Part shown: piece after piece, positions 1 through 9,822 of the stretch | Numbering within the stretch: position 1 is the first letter of the stretch | How the letters are laid out: every line of letters starts with the position of its first letter | The notes under the pieces: generated by a model | Told to the model about the DNA's origin: nothing | The model's input: only the letters and a program-made list of their open reading frames with translations | Databases searched by the model: none | Position numbers and translations under genes: made by a program | Source: Halomicronema hongdechloris C2206 | GTDB lineage: Bacteria; Cyanobacteriota; Cyanobacteriia; Phormidesmidales; Phormidesmidaceae | Assembly: GCF_002075285.3 (NCBI RefSeq) | Contig: NZ_CP021983.2 | Coordinates: forward strand, 5,070,001-5,102,000 | Length of the DNA: 32,000 nt | Direction: 5' to 3'

Positions 1-139
1 CTCACCCAAGGGCTGGCTGAACCGGCCAGATAGGCCGAGTTCAATAGCCTAGATCAGGATTTTTTTTTTAGATGGAATACTCTAAGCGCAGCAAACACCA
101 GACAATAATGGAGATTGACGCGCGTTAGCATGACTTCCT

Positions 140-580
140 GTGCCATCATCCGCCGCTGAGGAACTATCACAACCTGTGATACTCGGATTTGATCCTGGTC
201 GTCAAAAATGTGGTCTCGCCATCATGGGGCTAGATCGAATTTTGCGCCATCGCCAAATTGTGTCGGCCAATGCAGCCCTAAAACAGATTCAAACCCTGCG
301 CCAAGAGTTCCCCGTTTCCATTATCGTCATGGGTGATCAAACCACCGCCAAGGATTGGAAAGCCAAACTCGAAACCCTTCCCGATGCCCCTAGGGTAATG
401 CTGGTAGACGAACGCTACAGCAGTCTAGAAGCTCGAGACCGCTATTGGCAGATGCATCCGCCCCAAGGATTGAGTCGCCTAATTCCTAAGGGTCTGCGCA
501 ACCCACCAACTGCCATTGATGACATCGTAGCCATGTTGTTAATCGAGCGGTATCTCAACCGTCTCATAGGGAATGAGTAA
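140..580 (+). CDS. YqgF/RuvX-like RNase H-fold nuclease (putative pre-16S rRNA nuclease / resolvase-like)
   Basis: 146-aa ORF with a GTG start. The N-terminal ILGFDPGRQKCGLA and later LVDERYSSLEA resemble the RuvX/YqgF signature (GxDxG...DERxT/S.EA). Motif-level recognition only. Confidence 0.6.
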   Translation: MPSSAAEELSQPVILGFDPGRQKCGLAIMGLDRILRHRQIVSANAALKQIQTLRQEFPVSIIVMGDQTTAKDWKAKLETLPDAPRVMLVDERYSSLEARDRYWQMHPPQGLSRLIPKGLRNPPTAIDDIVAMLLIERYLNRLIGNE

Positions 581-669
581 ATGGGGAATGGAGTATTGGG
601 GTAATGGGGTGACGGGGTGGAGGGGTGAGGTGGTTTTCACTCCATGATCACTCCATCACTCGCCCATCC
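581..669. repeat. STRR-like G-rich 7-8 nt tandem block (ATGGGGA/TAATGGGG/TGACGGGG/TGGAGGGG/TGAGGTGG) followed by a C-rich partial complement (CACTCC..TCACTCC..TCACTCGCCC)
   Basis: Read directly from the sequence. It lies between convergent genes (140..580 + and 709..975 -). The two halves can pair with G-U wobbles, so it is a possible bidirectional terminator. Confidence 0.5.
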
Positions 670-708
670 TTCGACCCACCTACTCGACCACTTCATCCTT
701 GCCGCCAA

Positions 709-975
709 TCACAGCGAAGCACGGATGGTAAATGAATAATCGCCTCCAGGTTCCAGCTGATAATCAAAGCGCTCGAGAAAACGGCCCAAGGGCTCTTGAA
801 TCAGGGCTCGTCCTAAAGACGGCTCTATCGTCAATTTGCCCTGACGGAAGCGCCATTTAAACTGCCATTCATACTCATTCGCCCGTACTTCTCCCTCCAG
901 CCGACCCTGACTCCAGGATTGGCGGGTAATGCGAACATAGGCCGTGGTCTCGGGCAGGCGGTGGCAGGAAGACAC
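709..975 (-). CDS. small conserved hypothetical protein (88 aa)
   Basis: Clean ORF with balanced composition (W/E/R/F-rich, YEWQFKWRFRQGKL). It diverges from nadK across a 300-bp promoter region. I recognise no catalytic motif. Confidence 0.45.
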   Translation of the reverse strand: MSSCHRLPETTAYVRITRQSWSQGRLEGEVRANEYEWQFKWRFRQGKLTIEPSLGRALIQEPLGRFLERFDYQLEPGGDYSFTIRASL

Positions 976-1275
976 TGCGGTAAACTATGCAAATGGTCAA
1001 AGGAAACTTTCGCCGCAACTGCCCAGCCATGGGACAGCCGCCTTCCTTAGCTACCATAGCGGTAGGATTCCGTATCAGTCTACCCTCTAGCGAACTTTCG
1101 CAGTGGGTTCGGGCTAGTTGCCTGACAATGGACCTACTGTGCAAGGATCAGCTAAAGGGGTAGCCTGAAGGGTAGTAGAGTATGCATCTCTTCAGGCTGT
1201 CCTTTGATGGGATACCGCAGCCCTCTGCTCTCGCCCATCTAATGTGTTCTATCTGCTTGAATTCGGAAACAGCAC

Positions 1276-2193
1276 GTGCCCAAGGTCGGCATCATCTATA
1301 ACGACATCAAGCCCACGGCATGTGAGGTGGCATTAGAGTGGCAGGAGAAACTTGCTGCCTCGGGATACACCGTGTGTCTGGCCACGGGTATGGGTGGTAT
1401 CTTAGGCTACTCCAGCCCGGAACGGCCCATCTGTCATACCCCGATCGAGAGTTTGGTTCCCCCCGATTTCGATGCCGACATGGCCTTCGCCCTGGTATTA
1501 GGGGGAGACGGCACCGTATTATCAGCCTTTCGCCAATTGGCGCCGATTGGCATTCCCTTACTTACCATCAATACGGGTCACATGGGCTTTTTAACCGAAG
1601 CCTACCTGAATCAGCTACCCCAGGCCATCGATCAGGTGCTGGCGGGCAACTACACCGTGGAAGAACGGGGCATGCTGTCTGTGCAGCTGTTTCACCAGAA
1701 TCAGCTGACTTGGGAGGCGCTCTGCTTAAACGAAATTGTGCTGCATCGAGAACCCCTCACCAGCATGTGCCATTTCGAAGTCGAGGTTGGTAGCCACGCC
1801 CCCGTAGATATCGCCGCTGATGGCATTATTATTTCAACACCCACCGGGTCCACTGCCTATTCACTGTCAGCGGGCGGCCCTGTGATCACCCCTGGGTTGC
1901 CCGCTACCCAACTGATTCCTATCTGTCCTCACTCCCTAGCCTCGCGGGGGCTGGTGTTTCCCGATACGGATCCGGTGACGGTGCGCTCTGCCAACCCCGA
2001 TCCCTTAGTGATGGTGGCAGATGGCAATGCCGGTTGCTATGTTTTGCCCAAAGATTGCATACGTACCCAACGAGCTCCTTACTCGGCTCACTTTATCCGG
2101 CTGCGTCAGCCCGAGTTCTTCAAAGTGCTGCGGGAAAAATTGGGGTGGGGGTTACCTCACATCGCCAAACCGACGTCGGTTGAGCTACCCTAG
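1276..2193 (+). CDS. nadK: NAD(+) kinase
   Basis: Carries the GGDGTVL motif, [10 protein letters not shown] and [17 protein letters not shown], which are the canonical NAD kinase motifs. GTG start, 305 aa. Confidence 0.9.
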   Translation: MPKVGIIYNDIKPTACEVALEWQEKLAASGYTVCLATGMGGILGYSSPERPICHTPIESLVPPDFDADMAFALVLGGDGTVLSAFRQLAPIGIPLLTINTGHMGFLTEAYLNQLPQAIDQVLAGNYTVEERGMLSVQLFHQNQLTWEALCLNEIVLHREPLTSMCHFEVEVGSHAPVDIAADGIIISTPTGSTAYSLSAGGPVITPGLPATQLIPICPHSLASRGLVFPDTDPVTVRSANPDPLVMVADGNAGCYVLPKDCIRTQRAPYSAHFIRLRQPEFFKVLREKLGWGLPHIAKPTSVELP

Positions 2194-2353
2194 TAATCTT
2201 GAGGGTAGGCAATCGGCATTTCAGGGTCTCATTCATCCTTACCGTTCTAGACATTGCCTGGCGCTTAGGTGTCTGGCAGTTGCCTGAGGATAATAGTAGA
2301 CCCCTCACGACTAAGAAACACATCCCATTAGCAACAGGCTATTTACGAGGCGA

Positions 2354-3055
2354 ATGGCAATGGATACGACAGCAGCCGCATCGGGCCCCCAAGTGCTGGT
2401 GGTTGAATCCAATCTGGATCTAGCGCAGCAGATTAGCCTAGATCTACAAGAGGCTGGCTATGAAACGGCCCTGGCCCATGAAATTGACACGGGTCTACGG
2501 CAAGCCCATACCTTGAAGCCAGCGCTCATCGTCATCGATCGGATGTTGGGCAATGAGTCGGGGTTATCGATATGTCAGAGCCTGCGAGGAGAAGGCTTGC
2601 GTACGCCTATGGTGTTGCTCACGGCTCGCGATTCCCTGGAAGATCGGGTCGCTTGCCTGGAGGCAGGGGCCGACGATTATTTTTTGAAGCCGTACCGCAC
2701 TGATGCCTTTCTGAAGGCAGTGCAGCTCTATCTACAACCAACTGGTGCGGCAGGAGAACACCTGCGGTTTGGCGAACTAATTCTAGATTTAACTCACCGT
2801 ACTGCCCGACGAAGTGGTCGGCTCATCGATCTGACCATGAAAGAATTTGAATTGCTCCGCTACCTGATGGAGCATCCCCGCGAGGTCCTCAGTCGAGAGC
2901 AAATTCTAGAAAATGTCTGGGGCTACGATTTCATGGGTGAGTCGAATGTGATCGAAGTGTATGTTCGCTACTTGCGCCTGAAGATAGACGGAGAAAATGA
3001 AAAACGATTGATTCAAACCGTCCGGGGCGTTGGCTACGTATTGCGGGAAGGCTAG
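2354..3055 (+). CDS. OmpR/PhoB-family response regulator with atypical acidic pocket (NblR-like?)
   Basis: Receiver domain has the acceptor Asp in LIVIDRML, Thr in LLTARD and Lys in FLKPY. The C-terminal winged helix shows MKEFELLRYL...VRGVGYVL. The usual N-terminal DD/ED pair reads VVESN. Confidence 0.9.
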   Translation: MAMDTTAAASGPQVLVVESNLDLAQQISLDLQEAGYETALAHEIDTGLRQAHTLKPALIVIDRMLGNESGLSICQSLRGEGLRTPMVLLTARDSLEDRVACLEAGADDYFLKPYRTDAFLKAVQLYLQPTGAAGEHLRFGELILDLTHRTARRSGRLIDLTMKEFELLRYLMEHPREVLSREQILENVWGYDFMGESNVIEVYVRYLRLKIDGENEKRLIQTVRGVGYVLREG

Positions 3056-3069
3056 GAGTAGGTCTCGTT

Positions 3070-3654
3070 ATGCAGGCTCAAATAGGATCCCGCCTAGGCC
3101 ACTGGCGTCTGCCTGACTATCCGGGCATATTGCTGGGGCTATGGTTTGGCCTCATGGGCTGCACCGCATCTCCTGAGCAAATGGGTCAGTCTTCTCCCGA
3201 TCTCTCACCCTCGACGACGGAGCCACCGGCGGTTGCCTCTACGCCTACCGAGTCTGACTTGGGACAACACTTGCCAGTTACGGCAACGGCTATTTTGGCA
3301 GACTCTTATCACATTGACTTAGAGGTCGCCGCAACGTCTCAACAGCAGGCTTTCGGCCTCATGTATCGCTCTCCGCTGCCCGATGACCGCGGCATGCTAT
3401 TCCCGTTCGACCCGCCGCGACCGGTGAGTTTTTGGATGAAGAATGTCCCCGGCTCCCTCGACATGATTTTCATCTATCAGGGAGAAATCAAAGCGATCGC
3501 ATCTAATGTTCCCCCCTGCGACACCTCCCCTTGCCCTACCTATGGTCCAGAGCGACAGGTAGTCGATGCGGTGATTGAACTGCGGGGTGGGCGTGCTGCC
3601 GAACTAGGATTGCAGGTGGGCGATTCCGTCACGATTACCTTTCTAGATTCCTAG
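3070..3654 (+). CDS. DUF192-domain protein, probable lipoprotein
   Basis: LGLWFGLMGC lipobox-like signal followed by a Pro/Ser/Thr linker. The DUF192-like core reads GLMYR..LPDDRGMLF..FWMKN...LDMIF. It starts 15 nt after the regulator stop, so it is probably co-transcribed. Confidence 0.75.
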   Translation: MQAQIGSRLGHWRLPDYPGILLGLWFGLMGCTASPEQMGQSSPDLSPSTTEPPAVASTPTESDLGQHLPVTATAILADSYHIDLEVAATSQQQAFGLMYRSPLPDDRGMLFPFDPPRPVSFWMKNVPGSLDMIFIYQGEIKAIASNVPPCDTSPCPTYGPERQVVDAVIELRGGRAAELGLQVGDSVTITFLDS

Positions 3655-4312
3655 GGGCTAATCGGCCAAGGCCATCTTCAAGGGCCTTCAAGGCAAGTTC
3701 TGCCCAGACTTTAAGCGCTCCTGCACAGCCTTTACGAGGTATTCGATAGCTTTGCTCTGACGACGTTGCAGCCGTTGACCAATCACCTCTCAGCCTAGTC
3801 GGGGTGGCTGGTGTTACTGTCCAGCACTCAATGCCCATATAGCGTTTGCTCCAGTTGATGACTCCATGACAGAGTGAGAACCATCGATGAGCTATCCCAG
3901 TCTAAGGGTTGGCGATAGTTGAGCCTGATGATAGGGGCACCATTGAGTCTAGACTTCGAGGGCACAATCTTCCATAGCGGCACAACAAGCTCCTGCTCTA
4001 TTTAACACCCCGTTTTTAAGACTCACCCCCTGGGGCTAGGCAAGGCTTCCTTCAATTTGTTACTCTGGCTCCCCATGGTGGTATGCTCTCAAAGCATAGG
4101 CAGACAACAACTTCCTCTCAGGAACCATCGGCTTATAGTTATCGACTCCCTGATCTGGGCACTATTGGCTGAGGTATCACCTAGGGTCGACCTTAGAGAG
4201 TTACCTGAGGACAAGTTACCCGAGGACAGCGGCCGATTTCCCTGCGGCCTGAGCATACCCGAGCGATCGTCAGGGATACTGGCCCCGACGCTTTTCTAGC
4301 ATTCTCAGCATG

Positions 4313-4348
4313 CCCTAGTGAGTCATAAAGCCCTAGTGAGTCATAAAG
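4313..4348 (+). repeat. perfect 18-bp tandem duplication (CCCTAGTGAGTCATAAAG x2)
   Basis: Read directly. It sits immediately 5' of the AGGAGG Shine-Dalgarno at 4347-4352. Confidence 0.9.
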
Positions 4349-4359
4349 GAGGTGATATC

Positions 4360-4551
4360 GTGATTAGCAATAACCACTCAGGCTTAATCCAGTTCTTGCA
4401 GGAAGAACTGTCGATCTCGTCATCATCCATTCAGGTGGCCCTGCGACACTGTGAACAGGATCCAGGACCATTGCCCATGGTGCTGTGGCAGTATGGTTTG
4501 ATCACCCTGGAACAACTTGAGAAGGTTTATGACTGGATGGAAACGGCTTAA
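4360..4551 (+). CDS. small cyanobacterial protein, DUF2949-like
   Basis: GTG at 4360 lies 7 nt after AGGAGG (4347-4352). The ORF track's longer 4318 start lies inside the 18-bp duplication. LPMVLWQYGLITLEQLEKVYDWME resembles the DUF2949 family, recalled from memory and unverified. Confidence 0.55.
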   Translation: MISNNHSGLIQFLQEELSISSSSIQVALRHCEQDPGPLPMVLWQYGLITLEQLEKVYDWMETA

Positions 4552-4580
4552 GACCCGGTGTCAACTGGCAGAATTCCCCT

Positions 4581-4620
4581 AGAGACGTAGCACTTGAAGC
4601 GCTACGTCTCTTCATGTTTA
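4581..4620. terminator. bidirectional intrinsic-terminator-like hairpin
   Basis: Perfect 11-bp stem AGAGACGTAGC (4581-4591) / GCTACGTCTCT (4601-4611) with a 9-nt loop, then TCATGTTT. It lies between the convergent 3' ends at 4551 (+) and 4660 (-). Confidence 0.6.
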
Positions 4621-4659
4621 AGGGATGACGGTTAGGAGATAGTTCGGGAAATCGAGTCC

Positions 4660-5811
4660 TTAGCTGTTGAGTACCGCACTGGCTGCCGCCACCCCTGCCC
4701 CGGGGTTGAATTGGTCATAGCCTAGTTGCATCAGGGTGGCTTCCAAGGAACTGGTGGCGGCCAGAATGTTGCGATCGCACACAAACCCCAGATGGCCAAT
4801 CCGAAAGATCTTGCCCTTCAGATGCTCTTGCCCTCCAGCCAAGGCAATATCGAACTGTTTCTTCATCACCGAACGAATTTTCTCGGCCTCCACCTGCTGA
4901 GGGAGCACGGCCGTAATGGCCGGACTGGCCACATCATCGGGCCCCAACAACGGCAGATTCATCGCCTTCACAGCTGCTCGAGTCGCGCGCTTGTGGCGAT
5001 CATGACGGGCAAAGATGGCCTCTAAACCCTCGGCCTTCATCATGGTTAAGGCCGCTTGCAGGGCGAAGAAGAGATTCACCGGCGGCGTAAATGGCGTGGT
5101 CTGTTTGGCCGCATTCTTGCGATAGGGGCCTAAATCCAGATAATACTTCGGCAGCGTTGCCGTCTCGTAAGCCGCCCACGCCTTGGGACTCACCGACAGA
5201 AACGACAACCCCGGCGGAATCATATAGCCCTTTTGGGAACCGGAGCCTACCACATCCAGGCCCCACTCATCTACCGGCACGCTGCAAGCCCCCAGACTGG
5301 TGACGGCATCGACAATAATCAGGGCTTCGCCATGGGCTTTGACGTGGCGATTGATCGTCTTCAGATCGTTGAGCACACCAGTGGAGGTCTCGCTATGGGT
5401 GACAATCACCGCCTTAATTTGCTTTTGGGTATCGGCCTCCAAGGCCGTGCGAAAAGCCTCGGGATCCAGGGGTTTTCCCCATTCCGCCGTAATTGCCTGC
5501 ACCGCTAAGCCATAGGCTCGGGCTACCTGGGCCCAACGGTTGCCAAACTTGCCATTGTCCCCCACTAGGACCCGATCTCCCGCACTGAGGAAGTTGATGA
5601 TGCCAGCTTCCATGGCCCCGGTACCACTGGCCGTTAGAATCAGCACATCATTCTGGGTCTGGTGCAGCCACTTGAGGTTCTCAGTCGCCTCTGCCACGAT
5701 CTGGCTAAATTCACCACTGCGGTGGCCCATGGGATGCTTCGCCATCGCCAGAAGTACCTGTTCTGGAACCGGTGTAGGTCCCGGAATCATCAACATCATC
5801 TTGTCATCCAT
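4660..5811 (-). CDS. class V aminotransferase (alanine-glyoxylate / serine-pyruvate aminotransferase family)
   Basis: N-terminal MLMIPGPTPVP and the PLP-lysine context SGSQKGYMIPPGL, 383 aa. This is typical of the cyanobacterial AGXT-like protein (the 'soluble hydrogenase small subunit'). Confidence 0.9.
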   Translation of the reverse strand: MDDKMMLMIPGPTPVPEQVLLAMAKHPMGHRSGEFSQIVAEATENLKWLHQTQNDVLILTASGTGAMEAGIINFLSAGDRVLVGDNGKFGNRWAQVARAYGLAVQAITAEWGKPLDPEAFRTALEADTQKQIKAVIVTHSETSTGVLNDLKTINRHVKAHGEALIIVDAVTSLGACSVPVDEWGLDVVGSGSQKGYMIPPGLSFLSVSPKAWAAYETATLPKYYLDLGPYRKNAAKQTTPFTPPVNLFFALQAALTMMKAEGLEAIFARHDRHKRATRAAVKAMNLPLLGPDDVASPAITAVLPQQVEAEKIRSVMKKQFDIALAGGQEHLKGKIFRIGHLGFVCDRNILAATSSLEATLMQLGYDQFNPGAGVAAASAVLNS

Positions 5812-5994
5812 GGCGGTGCCTATCGGGTTTGCTTACAGTTAGGGTGCAATATTCAAGCTTACACAACATCGTCAGCAGATACATGGGTCTCTCCATTACA
5901 ATGCCAGAGCAATTGTCAGCCTGACTATGTCATGCCCCGATATTCAGGGAGTAACCCATGGCACCATAGAAAGGCCAACTGCCCAGCACTGTCG

Positions 5995-8427
5995 ATGAAA
6001 GCGGCTATTCATTCCCTGGTAGGAGTTGTTCTGAGTGTTACTAGCCTGATCCCTATGACTGCTCTGGCTCAAGAGACTTGGCAAGAGCCCCCCGACCCCA
6101 TCGCCACCATGCTGGATACCCCCTGGTATCCGGGCGTGCAGATTTCCCCCAACCATGACTGGTTGCTGCGGTTGGACCGTCCCCTGTTGCCGCGTTTAGC
6201 AGAATTAGCCCGGCCGCGGCTGCGGCTGGCAGGCCTACAGCTGAATCCAGTGACCCGGGGGCCCGCCATGCCCTATGCCTTCCAGGGGCTGGAGATCCAG
6301 AATATTGCCACCGGTGAGCGGCAATCGATTGCGTTGCCCGCCCATGACGGGCTGCGTAACCTGCGTTGGTCCCCCGAGGGCAACTACTTGGCCTTTAGCC
6401 TAGATCAGCCCACGGGGATTGAACTGTGGGTGGTGGATTTGGCCCGGGGTAAGGCCTGGCCATTGACGCCGCCGCTACTGAACAACACCTATGGCTCCCC
6501 TTGCCGCTGGATTTCGGAGACCGCCGGACTGCTGTGTAAGCTAGTACCGCCGGATCAGGGGGAGCCGCCAGTGCCAACGCCGGTGCCGCGGGGGCCACGG
6601 GTAGAGCAGAATCTGGGTCGCGAGGCGCCGGCTCGCACCTATACGAATTTGCTGGATACTCCCGATGACGAAGCCCTATTCGAATACTATCTGACCTCGG
6701 TGCTGGCCCGGGTGACCCTGAAGGGCGACCGCATCTCCCTGAGCGACACCCAGATGATTCAATCGGCGGTGCCCTCCCCAGACGGTGAGTGGATCTTGTT
6801 GACTACCATCCAACGGCCGTTTTCCTACCAGGTGCCGGCCCGCCTCTTCCCCAAGCGCCTTACCGTACTCGATAGCAGCGGCCGAGAACGCTACCATGTA
6901 GCCGATTTGCCCCTGGCCGATGACATTCCGGTCAGCTTCGACTCCGTGCGCCGAGGCCGCCGCATTGTCCATTGGCGCTCTGACCAGCCAGCCAGCCTCT
7001 ATTGGGTGGAGGCCCTAGATGGGGGCGATGCCAGCCAGGAGAGTGTCAGCCGCGATGCCGTCTGGCAATTGCCGGCCCCCTTTACTGATGAGCCCCAACG
7101 GCTCTGGACTACTGACTTGCGCTATCGCCGCATCCTTTGGGGCCATGGGACCCTGGCCTTGGCGGTGGAAACCTGGTACGACAGCCGCCGGATTCGGGTC
7201 TGGCGCTTGAATCCAGCGCAGCCACAGGCAGAGCCGGTGCTGCTGGATGATCGGGATTATCAAGACCGCTACAACGATCCAGGACAACCGATGCTGACCC
7301 CAGGCCCCTATCACCGGCGAGTGCTGATGCTGGCCCCTGATGGGGAGAGCCTCTATCTGCGCGGTCGTGGTGCCTCTCCCGAGGGCGTGTATCCCTTTCT
7401 AGACCGGTGGCATCTGCCCAGCCAGGAAAAGACGCGGCTGTGGCAAGCCGCCGATCCCTACTACGAGACGGTGGTGAGTCTGCTGAATCCCGAGGGCACC
7501 CAAATCATTACCCGGCGGGAGTCGCCCCGGGAGACGCCCAACTACTGGCGGCGCGATCTGGCCACCGGCGAGACCACGGCATTGACAGCCTTCACCGATC
7601 CGCGTCCCTGGTACCGAGATGTAGACCCAGAGGTGATTCGCTACCGACGGGCCGATGGGGTGATGCTGTCGGCTACCTTGTATTTACCGCCGGGCCATGA
7701 CCCGCTCAGGGATGGCCCGCTGCCTACAGTGCTGTGGGCCTATCCCCAGGAATATAAGAGTCGCGAGGCGGCAGCCCAGGTGACCACCGCTGAGAATGCC
7801 TTTCGTCGTCCCTATGCCTATACGCCTCTGTTTCTGCTGACCCAGGGCTATGCCGTGGTGATGGGACCGACGATGCCCATCATCGGCGAGGGGGAGACGG
7901 AACCCAATGATACCTATGTGCAACAACTGACCCAGAGTGCGGCGGCGGTGGTGGAGTATTTGGTGGATCAAGGGGTCAGTCGTCGTGATCAACTTGCGAT
8001 CGCAGGTCATTCCTACGGCGCCTTCACGGTGGCCAACCTGCTAGCCCACACCGATCTATTCCGGGCGGGCATCGCCAACAGCGGCGCCTACAACCGCACC
8101 CTCACCCCCTTCGGCTTCCAGGGAGAACAGCGCACCTTCTGGCAGGCCCCCGACGCCTACATGACCATGTCCCCCTTCACCCACGCGGCCCAGATCACCG
8201 AACCGCTGCTGTTGATCCATGGCGCCGAGGACGAAAACGTGGGCACCTACCCGATCCAGAGTGAACGGCTCTATGGGGCCATGAAAGGGCTAGGGGGCAC
8301 CGTGCGCTGGGTGGAATTGCCCCTGGAAGGCCACAGTTACGAATCTCGGGAAGCCATCGGGCACGTGCTGTGGGAGATGACCCGCTGGCTAGATCGCCAC
8401 GTCAAAGGCGAAGGCAACACTCCCTAG
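5995..8427 (+). CDS. S9 (prolyl oligopeptidase family) serine peptidase with signal peptide and N-terminal propeller
   Basis: Nucleophile motif GHSYGAF, acid in HGAEDENV and His in LEGHSYES. I set the start at ATG 5995 (MKAAIHSLVGVVLSV..ALAQE signal) because the 5662 start overlaps the antisense aminotransferase. Confidence 0.85.
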   Translation: MKAAIHSLVGVVLSVTSLIPMTALAQETWQEPPDPIATMLDTPWYPGVQISPNHDWLLRLDRPLLPRLAELARPRLRLAGLQLNPVTRGPAMPYAFQGLEIQNIATGERQSIALPAHDGLRNLRWSPEGNYLAFSLDQPTGIELWVVDLARGKAWPLTPPLLNNTYGSPCRWISETAGLLCKLVPPDQGEPPVPTPVPRGPRVEQNLGREAPARTYTNLLDTPDDEALFEYYLTSVLARVTLKGDRISLSDTQMIQSAVPSPDGEWILLTTIQRPFSYQVPARLFPKRLTVLDSSGRERYHVADLPLADDIPVSFDSVRRGRRIVHWRSDQPASLYWVEALDGGDASQESVSRDAVWQLPAPFTDEPQRLWTTDLRYRRILWGHGTLALAVETWYDSRRIRVWRLNPAQPQAEPVLLDDRDYQDRYNDPGQPMLTPGPYHRRVLMLAPDGESLYLRGRGASPEGVYPFLDRWHLPSQEKTRLWQAADPYYETVVSLLNPEGTQIITRRESPRETPNYWRRDLATGETTALTAFTDPRPWYRDVDPEVIRYRRADGVMLSATLYLPPGHDPLRDGPLPTVLWAYPQEYKSREAAAQVTTAENAFRRPYAYTPLFLLTQGYAVVMGPTMPIIGEGETEPNDTYVQQLTQSAAAVVEYLVDQGVSRRDQLAIAGHSYGAFTVANLLAHTDLFRAGIANSGAYNRTLTPFGFQGEQRTFWQAPDAYMTMSPFTHAAQITEPLLLIHGAEDENVGTYPIQSERLYGAMKGLGGTVRWVELPLEGHSYESREAIGHVLWEMTRWLDRHVKGEGNTP

Positions 8428-9224
8428 CTAGCAGCCACAAACAGGTCCGCCAGAGTAGCCGCCATCCACTGGGGGCGCTCCAGCATTAGCCAATGGCCTC
8501 CCTCAGGGACGTGGTGTACCTGCTGCGCCCCAAACTGATCGGCAAAGCGGGCTGGAATGTAGGGATCTTGGTCCCCCCAGAGCACCCAGGCCGGCACCTG
8601 CTGCAGCACCGTCTGTAACTCCTCTTCCCAGCCCTGAAAGTCTTCGGGATCGGCGGCCCGGTAAAACCGCAGAATCATCCGCCGCATGGGGGCATCGAAG
8701 TTGTCGTAGGTGCGCTGAATCTGCGCTCGAGTGAGCCGGGGATTACTCTTCTGCATCACTAGAGTGAACAGCCAGCGGTTGAACAACAGCCAGCTCAGCT
8801 CCCCCAGGATCGGAGTACGCCAGATGCGACCGAAGAAATGCCAGCGATAGTCACTGGAAAAGATGGTATTGAGAATGCCAATGCCCCTGACTCGCTGGGG
8901 ATGACGCACCGCCCAGGCCAGGCCGAAGGGACCGCCAATGTCATGGACCACCAGGTGAATGGGCGGCTCCAGTTTCAAGGCGTCTACCACCTCGTCTACG
9001 AAGGCGGCCAAGTTTTCGAGACTCACGTCGAACTCATCCCCCGGCCCCGAGGCCCCAAACCCCGGCAGATCGATGGCAATGCAGCGAAAATTGGCCTGCA
9101 AATGCTCTATCACTCCATCCCACACCTGGGCCGAATCGGGGTTGCCGTGGAGAAAGAGAATGGGCGCTCCTGCCCCAGCTGTGATGACGTTGATCTCAAT
9201 GCCCTGAACCAGAATAGTTGTCAT
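8424..9224 (-). CDS. alpha/beta-fold hydrolase (haloalkane dehalogenase / epoxide hydrolase-like)
   Basis: HGNPDSAQVW oxyanion region, Asp nucleophile in VVHDIGGPFG and C-terminal EGGHWLMLERP His. 266 aa. Confidence 0.85.
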   Translation of the reverse strand: MTTILVQGIEINVITAGAGAPILFLHGNPDSAQVWDGVIEHLQANFRCIAIDLPGFGASGPGDEFDVSLENLAAFVDEVVDALKLEPPIHLVVHDIGGPFGLAWAVRHPQRVRGIGILNTIFSSDYRWHFFGRIWRTPILGELSWLLFNRWLFTLVMQKSNPRLTRAQIQRTYDNFDAPMRRMILRFYRAADPEDFQGWEEELQTVLQQVPAWVLWGDQDPYIPARFADQFGAQQVHHVPEGGHWLMLERPQWMAATLADLFVAAS

Positions 9225-9432
9225 GGCAACGATGGTGTCTCAAGGGATTAGAGGCAGGCGGGCGCAACTTAAATTGTCCGGAATCGCAATGGCTAGATGT
9301 GGCGTCGCTATGGTGTCGCTGGCCTGACTCATTCAAAGTCTACAGGATCGGCTGCGGGAGGATGCCAACCCCCTTGCATCCAGAGACGACGAGCTTTAAC
9401 AATCGTCCCATCATTATGAGTGTCATCTTGTT

Positions 9433-9822
9433 TCAGGCCCATATCCGATGAATCGGGTACCGATCAAACTTGTCATCCCTGCTGACAATATCCAACGAAT
9501 TATTCATGGCTTGAACTACCAAAATTCGATCGAAGGGATCACGGTGATCGGGGTGCAGTGGCAGATTCATGTAAGTTTTTGCATCTTCTACCTTTATGGG
9601 TAAGATCTCAGCGTTGATAAAATTCAGTCGAATTAAAATTTCGTCAAACGGTGAGGTTAACTGCAGTTTTCCAATATTCAACTTGATAGAGATTTCCCAC
9701 AAGCTAGCAATACTGAAGAATAGGTTCTCTTTAGCGTCAATGATGTCTCTAGTTGTGCTAGTCAGTCTTGGGTCAGAAGCAAAGTACCAAAGTACAGTAT
9801 GGGTATCTAAAAGTACTGCCAT
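9433..9822 (-). CDS. vapC: type II toxin, PIN-domain VapC family
   Basis: LLDTHTVLW (first PIN Asp), SLWEISIK, HRDPFDRILVVQA and VSRDDKF match the PIN acidic quartet layout. Its ATG immediately follows the antitoxin stop (TAAATG). Confidence 0.85.
   Translation of the reverse strand: MAVLLDTHTVLWYFASDPRLTSTTRDIIDAKENLFFSIASLWEISIKLNIGKLQLTSPFDEILIRLNFINAEILPIKVEDAKTYMNLPLHPDHRDPFDRILVVQAMNNSLDIVSRDDKFDRYPIHRIWA

Noticed and set aside
875-1144. 89-aa minus-strand ORF
   Set aside because: It overlaps the better 709..975 ORF, has no motifs, and lies in the divergent promoter region.
1338-1793. 151-aa alternative-frame ORF inside nadK
   Set aside because: It is Arg/Gly/His-rich off-frame text, and the nadK frame carries all the family motifs.
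4057-4299. 80-aa ORF in the 660-bp gap before the DUF2949-like gene, and the 67-aa minus ORF at 3635..3838
   Set aside because: Neither has an RBS, motifs or protein-like composition. The region may hold promoters or a non-coding transcript, but nothing I can support.
5662-5994. N-terminal 111 codons of the 921-aa ORF-track model of the S9 peptidase
   Set aside because: This part overlaps the aminotransferase gene in antisense and reads as non-protein-like text. A good signal peptide begins at ATG 5995.
8424-8427. Convergent S9 peptidase and hydrolase genes overlapping by 4 nt, sharing CTAG as both stop codons
   Set aside because: It is a real overlap but a trivial consequence of the palindromic CTAG. 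I see no evidence of regulatory meaning.
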